DNA from: Natronospirillum sp.
GTDB taxonomy: Bacteria; Pseudomonadota; Gammaproteobacteria; Pseudomonadales; Natronospirillaceae
Reading direction: 5' to 3'
NCBI RefSeq assembly: GCF_022565775.1
Contig: NZ_JAIUMC010000005.1
Span: 2,878 to 66,877 of the forward strand
DNA: 64,000 bases
The notes under the pieces were generated by a model. That model was not told the origin of the DNA. It worked only from the letters and a program-made list of their open reading frames with translations, and ran no database searches. Positions within the stretch are counted from its first letter, which is position 1. Each line of letters starts with the position of its first letter. Shown piece by piece: positions 52,268-60,719 of the stretch. The translations under genes and the position numbers were made by a program.

Positions 52268-53454
52268 GCCGGCTGGTCGCAGACGCGCTGCAGCGCAAGG
52301 CAGCAGCCCCGGGTCATCCGCCGACCGATGCAGCCGACTCGCCTGCCGCCGGCACACCCATCGACGAGGCTGCGGAATACTCCGAACCCCGTTTCGACCC
52401 ATTGGCCGGTGCCCGCCGCGAACGCCCCCCGCATTGGCGCCGGGCCGCGTTTTTCTGTGCCTATGCCGGGCTACTGGCCCTGATCGGCTGGCAAGGCATC
52501 GTGCTGTTGAGCCCCGAGCCCGAGACGGAATCCTTGGCAGAGGCAGAAACCGCTGCCGAGCGTCCGCAAATCTCGCTGCGCGCCGATAGCGGCTTGACAG
52601 AGACCTGGGGGCTGAGCAGTTGGCCGCAAGAAGAATTCAACCTGGTGCTGCCCGCACGTCTGCCCGAACCCGACCCAGAAGCGCCCTCAGCGCAGCCTGC
52701 CGGAGACCCGGTGCCCGAGCCCAGCAAAGGCACTGGTTCAGCATCAGACAGCGGGCCGGATATTGCGCGGGTGACCCAAACCGTGACAGACGAGTCCAGC
52801 AGTGCGGAAGCACCCTTGGAAGACCTGCCGGAACTGGCACCGCCCACCGCGGATAATGCGGCAGTGGTTGCCGTGCAGGTCCTGGACGCCGAGCCAATTG
52901 AACAGGTGGTCGAGCCTACTGCCGGGGGATCGGACTCCGGTACCCGCTTTACAGCCAGCGGCCAGACATCCACTGCGTCAACTGGCACCGTGTTCTCCAG
53001 CACGGAACGCCAGCAGGCGCTGCGCGAAGCCCGGCAGCGATTTGACGATGGTGACAGGGAGCGCGCCCTGAGCAGCCTGCGAGAGCGGCTGGCCAGAGAT
53101 GACCATACCGATGTACGCCAGCAGTATGCGCGCCTCCTGTTGCGGGATGGCCAGGCAGAAACAGCCCGCTATGCCGTGCGCCCGGGCCACAATCGGCAGG
53201 AGCTCGAACTGCGCGCCTATGCGGACTATCAGGCCGGTGCCTACAGCGACGCACGTCGGCACTATGAAGAACTGCTGCGCCGGGCCGATAACCCTCAGCA
53301 GGAATGGTATCTCTGGCTGGCGATCTGCAATGATCACCTGCAAAATGATGGACAGGCTATACTGTATTTCGAGACATACCTGAATCGGACCCAAGGCCAG
53401 CCGGAAAGCCTGGTTCGCTATGCCCGCGAGCGGCTGCAGCAGCTGTCGGGCTGA
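52264..53454 (+). CDS. mshN: MshN-like TPR protein
   Basis: One TM, long Pro/Glu-rich linker, C-terminal TPR helices ending YARERLQQL. Confidence 0.7.
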   Translation: MSRLVADALQRKAAAPGHPPTDAADSPAAGTPIDEAAEYSEPRFDPLAGARRERPPHWRRAAFFCAYAGLLALIGWQGIVLLSPEPETESLAEAETAAERPQISLRADSGLTETWGLSSWPQEEFNLVLPARLPEPDPEAPSAQPAGDPVPEPSKGTGSASDSGPDIARVTQTVTDESSSAEAPLEDLPELAPPTADNAAVVAVQVLDAEPIEQVVEPTAGGSDSGTRFTASGQTSTASTGTVFSSTERQQALREARQRFDDGDRERALSSLRERLARDDHTDVRQQYARLLLRDGQAETARYAVRPGHNRQELELRAYADYQAGAYSDARRHYEELLRRADNPQQEWYLWLAICNDHLQNDGQAILYFETYLNRTQGQPESLVRYARERLQQLSG

Positions 53455-53471
53455 TCCGGCGAGGAGACCGT

Positions 53472-54308
53472 ATGCAGAACCAGCGTCTCGGAGAAATATT
53501 GCTGGCCAGGAAACTGGTCACTCGTGGGCAGTTGGAAGATGCTCTGACAGAACAGAAGGAGTCACCAGAGCGCCTGCTGGGCCATATTCTGGTGAATCGG
53601 GGCTTTCTGTCGCATGCCGAACTGATTCGGATTATTGTCAATGACAAGCATCTGCCCATGGCACACGCAGTGCTGGACCGGGTCCGGATTGCCAATCAGG
53701 CCACTGATGAACACGGTGTTCCACTGCTGCGGGTTTCCACCGGCGAAGCCGCAGAGCTGGCCATGCCCGAAAAGGAGTTCCCCGTACCTCGCCCAGTGCC
53801 CGAGCTCGCGGACTTTTCCATGACATCGGAAACCGAGAAAGAGCTGGCCTCCGATGCGTTTGAGGCCGTTGAAGCGGGCCGGCTGGACGAAGCGCGCCAG
53901 ATCATCACCCAGGGGTTGACCATACTGTCCGACAGTATTGCGCTGCTCTACCTGAGCGCCTGGCTGCAGGCGGCCGACGGACGCGAAAAGTCTGCCCTGG
54001 AGGTGCTGGAAAAGCATTTTGGCAACCAGCACGACAACGCCTCGGTCATCTGGCTGCTGGCCTGGTGCCAGCAAAAGCTGGACAATCACAGGGCTGCCGT
54101 CGCACAGTATCAGCGTCTGCTGCGCCGGGCACAGCCGCTGCAGATCTGGTACTACTGCCTGGCCTACTCACTGGACGACCTCGGCTATCACAAGAAAGCG
54201 CGCGAAGTGTATACCTATTATGTGCGCATCATGCGCGGCGAGAACCGCTACACCTGGTTCGCTCGTCAGCGCCTGCGGGAGATCATAGAACAGCATGACA
54301 CAGACTGA
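53472..54308 (+). CDS. MshEN-domain plus TPR protein (extra gene in the operon)
   Basis: RLGEILLARKLVTRGQLEDALTEQ and LLGHILVNRGFL tandem motif, then TPR helices; no signal peptide or TM. Confidence 0.8.
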   Translation: MQNQRLGEILLARKLVTRGQLEDALTEQKESPERLLGHILVNRGFLSHAELIRIIVNDKHLPMAHAVLDRVRIANQATDEHGVPLLRVSTGEAAELAMPEKEFPVPRPVPELADFSMTSETEKELASDAFEAVEAGRLDEARQIITQGLTILSDSIALLYLSAWLQAADGREKSALEVLEKHFGNQHDNASVIWLLAWCQQKLDNHRAAVAQYQRLLRRAQPLQIWYYCLAYSLDDLGYHKKAREVYTYYVRIMRGENRYTWFARQRLREIIEQHDTD

Positions 54309-56265
54309 AGCATCGAGCGGCCAAGCCGCCAAACCCCGTATCCGACTCGGCGATCTGCTGGTCGAAAAGGGGGTTCTGACCGAAGGGCAGCTCAAGCTGG
54401 CACTGGGAGAGCAGAAGAACTCCGGCAAAAAGATCGGTCGCCTGCTGGTCGACATGGGCATGGTCTCGGAAGATCGCATGCTGACAGTGCTTGCCGACCA
54501 CCTTGACATCCCGTTTCTTGACCTGCGCCGCTTCAATCTGGATCGGGAACTGGTGCAAAAGCTGCCCGAAAGTCATGCCCGACGCTATCGCTGTATTTTG
54601 CTCGCCGAACGGGGCAATTCGGTGCAACTGGCCATGTCAGACCCCCTCGACCTGATGGCACGGGATGAAATCGCCCGTACTCTGGGCAAGGCGGTTGAAC
54701 CCGCCATCGTGCGTGAAAGCGAACTGCTCGCCACGCTGGATCAGGTCTATCGCAAGAGTGGCGCCATCGCCTCACTGGCCGGCGAACTGGAAACAGAACT
54801 GCGCGAAAGCGACTTTGACCTGGCGCAACTGGCCGGTGAGACCGACACCCAGGATGCGCCGGTGGTCCGCCTGCTGCAGACCATCCTGGAAGATGCCGTG
54901 CAGGCGGGCGCCTCGGATATCCACATAGAGCCGGATGAAACCACACTGCGGGTGCGCCTGCGGGTCGATGGCCAGTTGCAGGAACAAGTGATGAAAGAGA
55001 AGCGGGCCGCCAATGCGCTGGTTTTGCGCCTCAAGATCATGTCGAATCTGGATATTTCGGAAAAGCGCCTGCCGCAGGATGGCCGGTTCAATATCCGTAT
55101 TCTGGACAAGAGTATCGACATCCGCCTGTCCACCATGCCTACCCAGTATGGTGAATCACTGGTCATGCGTCTGCTCGATCAGACGGCCGGCATCCTTACC
55201 CTGGACCGATTGGGCATGCCGCCCTCGGTCATGGAGCGTTTCAAGCTGCAGATCGAGCGGCCGCACGGCCTGATCCTGGTCACGGGCCCGACGGGCAGCG
55301 GTAAAACCACCTCGCTCTACGCCGCACTGACGGAGCTGAACAAGGCGCATCGCAAGATCATTACTGCGGAAGATCCGATCGAGTATCGCCTGCCCCGCAT
55401 CCAGCAGGTACAGGTCAATCCCAAGATCGAACTCAATTTTGCCCGGATTCTGCGCTCTGCCCTGCGTCAGGACCCGGATGTCATTCTGGTCGGCGAGATG
55501 CGTGATCAGGAAACCGTATCCGTGGGCATTCGTGCCGCCCTGACGGGCCACATGGTGCTCAGTACACTGCACACCAATGACGCCATTTCCAGCGCCATCC
55601 GCCTGGCCGACATGGGCGTTGAGCCCTACATGGTGGCCTCGTCGCTGCGCGCCATTGTCGCCCAGCGGCTGGTGCGGCGCATCTGCGACAACTGCAGCCA
55701 GCCCTATGAACCGGACGAGCGGGAGCGCATCTGGCTTTCACATCTGGGCCATGAACCCGATGCCGAGACCCAGTATTTCCGGGGCAGTGGCTGCTATCAG
55801 TGCAACAATACCGGCTACCGCGGGCGTATCGGTGTCTATGAGCTGCTGGAACTGGATGATGCCATGCTGCATGCCCTGCGCGATCAGGACCCCAACCGGT
55901 TCGTCGAAGCCGCAGAGCGCAACCCCTACTTCGTCAACATGACCGAGCGGGCGCTGGAATATGCCCGTGAAGGCATTACCGACCTGGCCGAGGTGTTCCG
56001 TATCACGGCTGACCTCGAAGATCGGGATGCCGGCAATGTGTCCAACCAGAACATCATGCACGGGGGGGCAGCCGGCCACGCGGCAGCCAAGCGCAGCAAG
56101 CCTGCTGCCGACAAGGAAAAGCCGGCTGTCAGCACAGACACAGAGGCGCCTGATTCGGACGGGCCGGTTGAACCCCTGCCCAGTCAGCACTTCGAGTCAC
56201 CCGGGTTCGAGCTGGAGCCACTGGACGAAGAACCCCGGAAGCCGGGTGGTGAGGGCAGCTACTGA
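54295..56265 (+). CDS. mshE: MSHA extension ATPase MshE with N-terminal MshEN domain
   Basis: RLGDLLVEKG..., ASDIHIEP, GPTGSGKT, AEDPIEY, LRQDPDVILVGEMRD and CxxC zinc motif. Confidence 0.95.
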   Translation: MTQTEASSGQAAKPRIRLGDLLVEKGVLTEGQLKLALGEQKNSGKKIGRLLVDMGMVSEDRMLTVLADHLDIPFLDLRRFNLDRELVQKLPESHARRYRCILLAERGNSVQLAMSDPLDLMARDEIARTLGKAVEPAIVRESELLATLDQVYRKSGAIASLAGELETELRESDFDLAQLAGETDTQDAPVVRLLQTILEDAVQAGASDIHIEPDETTLRVRLRVDGQLQEQVMKEKRAANALVLRLKIMSNLDISEKRLPQDGRFNIRILDKSIDIRLSTMPTQYGESLVMRLLDQTAGILTLDRLGMPPSVMERFKLQIERPHGLILVTGPTGSGKTTSLYAALTELNKAHRKIITAEDPIEYRLPRIQQVQVNPKIELNFARILRSALRQDPDVILVGEMRDQETVSVGIRAALTGHMVLSTLHTNDAISSAIRLADMGVEPYMVASSLRAIVAQRLVRRICDNCSQPYEPDERERIWLSHLGHEPDAETQYFRGSGCYQCNNTGYRGRIGVYELLELDDAMLHALRDQDPNRFVEAAERNPYFVNMTERALEYAREGITDLAEVFRITADLEDRDAGNVSNQNIMHGGAAGHAAAKRSKPAADKEKPAVSTDTEAPDSDGPVEPLPSQHFESPGFELEPLDEEPRKPGGEGSY

Positions 56266-57500
56266 TGCCCAACTTTGCCTACAAGGGGCGCACCAGCGAA
56301 GGCCAGTCGGTCAGCGACGTGATTGAAGCCCGCTCCATGGACCAGGCCCTGGATGAACTCAAGCGGCGCGATATCCTGCCGCTGAGTGTCGAGCCGACAC
56401 GACGCCGGCCCAAGGGCCCGCAGCAGGACACGGCGCAATGGCGCAAACTGTTCTGGCCCAACATTACCAATGATGACCTGATCCTGTTCTGCCGCCAGAT
56501 GTATTCGCTGACGCGGTCGGGCATCCCCCTGATGCGCGCGGTCAATGGTCTGGCAGACGCCAGTCAGAACAAACGGTTGTGCGAAGTGCTGCGCGAAGTC
56601 GGGCGCACGCTGACCTCCGGTAATGACCTGGCGACGTCAATGGCTCGCCACCCCAAGGTGTTCAATCCGCTTTTTATCGCCATGATCACCATGGGCGAGA
56701 CCACCGGCCAGCTGGATCTGGCGTTCAAGCAGTTGATTGATCATCTGGAACTGGAGAAGAGCACCCAGCGGCAGATCAAGCAGGCCACCCGCTATCCCCT
56801 GTTCGTGGTGATTGCCATCACCGTGGCCATGGTCGTGATCAACTTCATGGTCATTCCGAATTTCGCCAGCGTCTTTCAGCGCCTCGGGCAGGATCTGCCC
56901 ATTTTCACCCTTATCCTGATCAATACATCGGATTTCATGATCGAGTACGGCCTGATGATCGGCGCCGCCATTGTTGCGGCCATCATCGCCTGGAAGCGTT
57001 ATGTGCGCACTCCCGGGGGGCAGTACTTCCGTGATCGCCTTTTTCTCAGACTGCCGCTGGTCGGCTCCATATTCCGTCGCATTGCCATGAGCCGCTTCAC
57101 GCGGCCCTTTGCCATGATGCTGGACGCCGGTGTGCCGCTGCTGCAGGCGCTGAGCATCTCGTCAAAAACCGTCGGCAATGTCTTTATCGGCCAGCGCATC
57201 GAAGGCATGCAGAACGGCATTGAGCGGGGCGAAAGCATTCTGTCCACCGCCAGCGCCAGCGACATGTTCAACCCGCTGATACTGCAGATGATTTCGGTCG
57301 GCGAAGAAACCGGCAATCTCAGTGATCTGCTGCGCGATGTGGCCGACTTCTACGACCAGGAGATCGAATACGAGCTGAAGACGCTCTCCCAGTCGATAGA
57401 ACCCATCCTGATCGTGATGATGGGGGGCATTGTCACCATTTTGGCGCTCGGCATCTTTTTGCCCATGTGGGACCTGGCCGCCGGGGCAGGTGGCATCTGA
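56265..57500 (+). CDS. mshG: Inner-membrane platform protein MshG (PilC/GspF family)
   Basis: FAYKG start, RQMYSLTRSGIPL, GETTGQLD, MISVGEETG and IEPILI. Confidence 0.92.
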   Translation: MPNFAYKGRTSEGQSVSDVIEARSMDQALDELKRRDILPLSVEPTRRRPKGPQQDTAQWRKLFWPNITNDDLILFCRQMYSLTRSGIPLMRAVNGLADASQNKRLCEVLREVGRTLTSGNDLATSMARHPKVFNPLFIAMITMGETTGQLDLAFKQLIDHLELEKSTQRQIKQATRYPLFVVIAITVAMVVINFMVIPNFASVFQRLGQDLPIFTLILINTSDFMIEYGLMIGAAIVAAIIAWKRYVRTPGGQYFRDRLFLRLPLVGSIFRRIAMSRFTRPFAMMLDAGVPLLQALSISSKTVGNVFIGQRIEGMQNGIERGESILSTASASDMFNPLILQMISVGEETGNLSDLLRDVADFYDQEIEYELKTLSQSIEPILIVMMGGIVTILALGIFLPMWDLAAGAGGI

Positions 57501-57634
57501 TAAGAGCCGTCAAAATTCTGAACAACAAACTTGCCTTCGCGTTTACGCTCCGTTTATGCTCTAGTGCAGGAACAAAGGCCAGGATGGCGCTGCGGCGAGT
57601 CTGGCCATGTGGCGGCAGGATCAGCTGACTGAAT

Positions 57635-57650
57635 TGGCCTGGAGTTTGCT
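57635..57650 (+). promoter_or_regulatory. Sigma-54-type promoter of the major pilin
   Basis: TGGCCT-GGAGT-TTGCT with correct GG-N10-GC spacing, about 40 nt before the pilin ATG. Confidence 0.7.
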
Positions 57651-57689
57651 AACTCCTACCACACAGACAAATTTTTGGAGACAGCAGTA

Positions 57690-58181
57690 ATGAACATGAA
57701 AAAACAACAGAAAGGTTTCACCCTGATCGAGCTGATCATGGTCATTGTCATCCTGGGCATTCTGTCGGCCTTTGCCCTGCCGCGGTTTGCGGATTTTGGG
57801 GATAGTGCGCGGCAGGCTTCTGCAGAAGGGCTTGCTGGAGCAATGCGATCAGCCGTTGGCATTACCCGGTCTCAGCAACTTGTTGAGGGATTAAGTTTGG
57901 ATGGCCAAGTAACTCTGGATGGAGGCGTTACAGTTGATATGTATGGTGGGGCTCCCGAGGCTACCGCGAACGGAATAGTAGCTGCAGCCGATTTATCTGG
58001 TTTTGATGACGCGCCTGACACCACCGCGAGAGATGTTGATGGAGATGGAGCTACCACAACAGCAGGTACAATTGTCTTCCAGATAGATGGGAATGAAGAC
58101 TGCACGGTTACTTATACAGAAGCTTCCATTAATAGTGATGGTGACGTCACAGCCAGAGCCGTAGTAGACGTCGATTGCTAA
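57690..58181 (+). CDS. mshA: Type IVa major pilin (MshA-like)
   Basis: Leader MNMKKQQKG|[24 protein letters not shown]; two C-terminal Cys; follows mshG. Confidence 0.85.
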   Translation: MNMKKQQKGFTLIELIMVIVILGILSAFALPRFADFGDSARQASAEGLAGAMRSAVGITRSQQLVEGLSLDGQVTLDGGVTVDMYGGAPEATANGIVAAADLSGFDDAPDTTARDVDGDGATTTAGTIVFQIDGNEDCTVTYTEASINSDGDVTARAVVDVDC

Positions 58182-58243
58182 TTTGCCAGAAAGGTGGAAG
58201 AGGGCCTGCCCCAAAAACAAGCAGGCAATGGCTGATTTGACTC

Positions 58244-58296
58244 CACCGATCATCAAAACTGACAGGGAATCCCACTGCCGGGGTTGATGATCGGTG
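58244..58296. repeat. 13-bp perfect inverted repeat with a structured 27-nt loop, downstream of the pilin
   Basis: CACCGATCATCAA (58244-58256) and TTGATGATCGGTG (58284-58296). Confidence 0.7.
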
Positions 58297-58520
58297 TATT
58301 TGAATTCGAGACTAAATCTGTACTCTCTCTTGATTCGGCTACCAAATTATAGCTCCCTGAAAATCCGTTCAGTTTGCGATTTAGCTCCTTGCTCTCGGCC
58401 GACGCAGTAGCTTTGCGTAGCAATGGACTGAACCGCACTAAAGAAAAATAAGCAACGACCGAGTAAGCTTGGGGGATGGCAGCAGTTAATTCCAGACAAG
58501 CTAAATTTTGCTATAGGTAA

Positions 58521-58766
58521 GGCTTCACCCTGATCGAGCTGTCATTCTGGGCATGCTGGTCGCGCTGCAGTTTCAACAGCAATCAACCGGCCGGTCAGTT
58601 GGCACGGGCCTATGAGCTGCCCATGGCACAGAACCTGCCCGCCGATGAAAACTGGACAGTGAACAACAATCCCAACCGTGACTATACCGTGCGCCTTGAA
58701 TCCGAACTGGTGGCCAACAGTCAGCCCAATGGCCAAGTGCAGGTCTGCTTTCTGGGCCGCAACTGA
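58521..58766 (+). pseudogene. Frameshifted type IV pilin remnant
   Basis: GGC TTC ACC CTG ATC GAG CTG (GFTLIEL) is preceded by in-frame TAA and followed, after a ~13-nt deletion, by VILGML in another frame. A further frame gives a pilin-like C-terminus ending VQVCFLGRN*. Confidence 0.7.
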
Positions 58767-58853
58767 TCCCCTTGTTCTATCACGGTGCCAGGCAGATCTG
58801 CAGCCGCAGCCCTGCCGTATCCAATGGTCAACCATTGATAAGCGGGCCACCCC

Positions 58854-59030
58854 ATGTTTGGATTGTTCAAGACCGACCCCACCAAGAAACTGCGCCGTGA
58901 CTACGAGCGCAAACTGGCTGCGGCACTGGCGGCTCAGCGCAGCGGCGATATTCGCACCTATTCCGACCTCACCGCCGAAGCCGAAGCACTGTACGCCAAA
59001 ATCAAGGCCGCAGAGAAAACCGGCCAGTAA
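58854..59030 (+). CDS. Small helical protein (DUF6435-like), 58 aa; absent from the ORF track
   Basis: MFGLFKTDPTKKLRRDYERKLAAALAAQRSGDIRTYSDLTAEAEALYAKIKAAEKTGQ*; genome-like codons; directly before gloA. Confidence 0.8.
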   Translation: MFGLFKTDPTKKLRRDYERKLAAALAAQRSGDIRTYSDLTAEAEALYAKIKAAEKTGQ

Positions 59031-59053
59031 CTCACGCCACAGGGAGGAGCTGT

Positions 59054-59614
59054 ATGAGCCGCCATTTCGAAACCGCGCCCGGCCTGAATGAACAGCGGGA
59101 TCCCGCCACCGAAGGGTTTGTGTTCAACCAGACCATGTTGCGTATCAAGGATCCGGAGCGAACGCTGGACTTTTACACCCGGGTGCTGGGCATGACCCTG
59201 GTGCGCAAGCTCGACTTTCCGGAGATGACCTTCACCCTCTACTTCCTGGCCGCGATCGACAGCCAGGATTTGGAGCAATGGTCAGACAATGCCGACGAGC
59301 GGCTGGTGCAGACCTTCAGCCGCCCTGCTCTGCTCGAACTCACGCACAACTGGGGCACCGAAAGCGACCCGGCAGTGAACTACCACAGTGGCAACGACGA
59401 GCCCAAGGGCTTCGGCCATATCGGCTTTGCCGTGCCTAATCTGGAGGCTGCCTGCCAGCGCTTTGCCAATCTCGGCGTCAGCTTCGTGAAGCGACCCGAA
59501 GACGGCAAGATGAACGACATCGCCTTCATCCGCGACCCGGACGGCTACTGGATCGAGATCTTCGAACCGGCGCGGCTGCCCGATGGACTGCGGCAGCATC
59601 TGCAGTCAGGCTGA
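59054..59614 (+). CDS. gloA: Lactoylglutathione lyase (glyoxalase I)
   Basis: FNQTMLRIKDP, LELTHNWG, GFGHIGFAV and RDPDGYWIEI. Confidence 0.95.
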   Translation: MSRHFETAPGLNEQRDPATEGFVFNQTMLRIKDPERTLDFYTRVLGMTLVRKLDFPEMTFTLYFLAAIDSQDLEQWSDNADERLVQTFSRPALLELTHNWGTESDPAVNYHSGNDEPKGFGHIGFAVPNLEAACQRFANLGVSFVKRPEDGKMNDIAFIRDPDGYWIEIFEPARLPDGLRQHLQSG

Positions 59615-59644
59615 GCATAAGCCCTTGCAGTGCCAAGTGACGGG

Positions 59645-59667
59645 AGCCCCATTTTCGGGGCTTTTTA
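59645..59667 (+). terminator. Rho-independent terminator of gloA
   Basis: AGCCCC-attttc-GGGGCT followed by TTTTA. Confidence 0.8.
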
Positions 59668-59696
59668 TTGACATAAATATAATATGTAGATATTTT
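59668..59696 (+). promoter_or_regulatory. Sigma-70-type promoter of glaH-lhgO with overlapping palindrome
   Basis: TTGACA-N17-TATTTT; AATAT-gtag-ATATT inverted repeat at 59681-59694. Confidence 0.65.
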
Positions 59697-59725
59697 TGAA
59701 TTATGTTGATCAGAAGGTGACTCCC

Positions 59726-60709
59726 ATGACTGTACTGGCCGATACCCACCGTGCACACGCATCGCCCTCCGACTACCCAATGACCGGGTTCTCGGTTAGC
59801 CCAACACCCCAGTCATCCCGACTGCTGCAAGTAGACGTTGACGCTGCGGTTGTCGACGAGTTTCTTGCTGCCACTGTCGCCTGGCCCATGCAGGCCCTGG
59901 AGTACAAGTCCTTCCTGCGTTTTCGCGTGGCCCGGGTTCTGGACGACCTGTGTCAGGGAACACTGCGTCCATTTCTGGTGGATGCCATGGTCGATCGCAG
60001 TACCGGTGGGCTGGTGGTCAATCCGCAAGGTCTTGATCAGGTGAAGGATGCCGATGACATGGTGAAATTCGCCACGGCGGTGGCTCATCTGATCGGTCGC
60101 TCCAACCACGATGCCATGAGCGGTCAGTACTATGCCCGCTTCGTGGTGCAGAATGTCGACAATTCCGACAGCTATCTGCGCGCGCCGCATCGCGTGATGG
60201 AGTTGCACAATGACGGCACCTTTGTCGAACAGGACACCGACTATGTGCTGATGATGAAAATCGACGAACAGAACATGCGCGGTGGCAATTCGCTGTTGCT
60301 GCATCTGGATGACTGGGAAGATATGGCGCAGTATTTCAGACATCCGCTGGCGAGCCGGCCCATGCGCTGGGCGGCACCACCGAGCAAGAATGTGGGCAAG
60401 GACATCTGGCACCCCGTCTTCGATGTGGACAACGAAGGCCGCCCCATCATGTCTTACATTGACCAGTTTGTGCAGCCGAGAGATTATCAGGAAGGCAATT
60501 GGCTGGCCGATATGTCAGAATCGCTCGAATTCAGCGCCAACAAGGTGTCGCTGCCAGTGCCCACCGGGAGCTTCCTGCTCATCAACAACCATTTCTGGTT
60601 GCACGGGCGGGACAGATTCGAGCCGCACTCTGAACTGCGCCGGGAGCTGATGCGTCAGCGCGGTTATTTCACGGCAGCGCGAACCCTGCGCAATCCGCGC
60701 CAGCAATAA
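59726..60709 (+). CDS. glaH: Glutarate dioxygenase (CsiD/GlaH)
   Basis: [33 protein letters not shown] (HxD) and WLHGRDRF. Start ATG 59726. Confidence 0.95.
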   Translation: MTVLADTHRAHASPSDYPMTGFSVSPTPQSSRLLQVDVDAAVVDEFLAATVAWPMQALEYKSFLRFRVARVLDDLCQGTLRPFLVDAMVDRSTGGLVVNPQGLDQVKDADDMVKFATAVAHLIGRSNHDAMSGQYYARFVVQNVDNSDSYLRAPHRVMELHNDGTFVEQDTDYVLMMKIDEQNMRGGNSLLLHLDDWEDMAQYFRHPLASRPMRWAAPPSKNVGKDIWHPVFDVDNEGRPIMSYIDQFVQPRDYQEGNWLADMSESLEFSANKVSLPVPTGSFLLINNHFWLHGRDRFEPHSELRRELMRQRGYFTAARTLRNPRQQ

Positions 60710-60719
60710 GGACCACAGC

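Noticed and set aside
57500-57690. c-di-GMP-I riboswitch upstream of the pilin
   Set aside because: The conserved GGCAAAC, GAAA tetraloop and receptor elements were not found.
58244-58296. Integron attC interpretation of the post-pilin hairpin
   Set aside because: The ends do not fit RYYYAAC/GTTRRRY, and there is no integrase or second site in the window.
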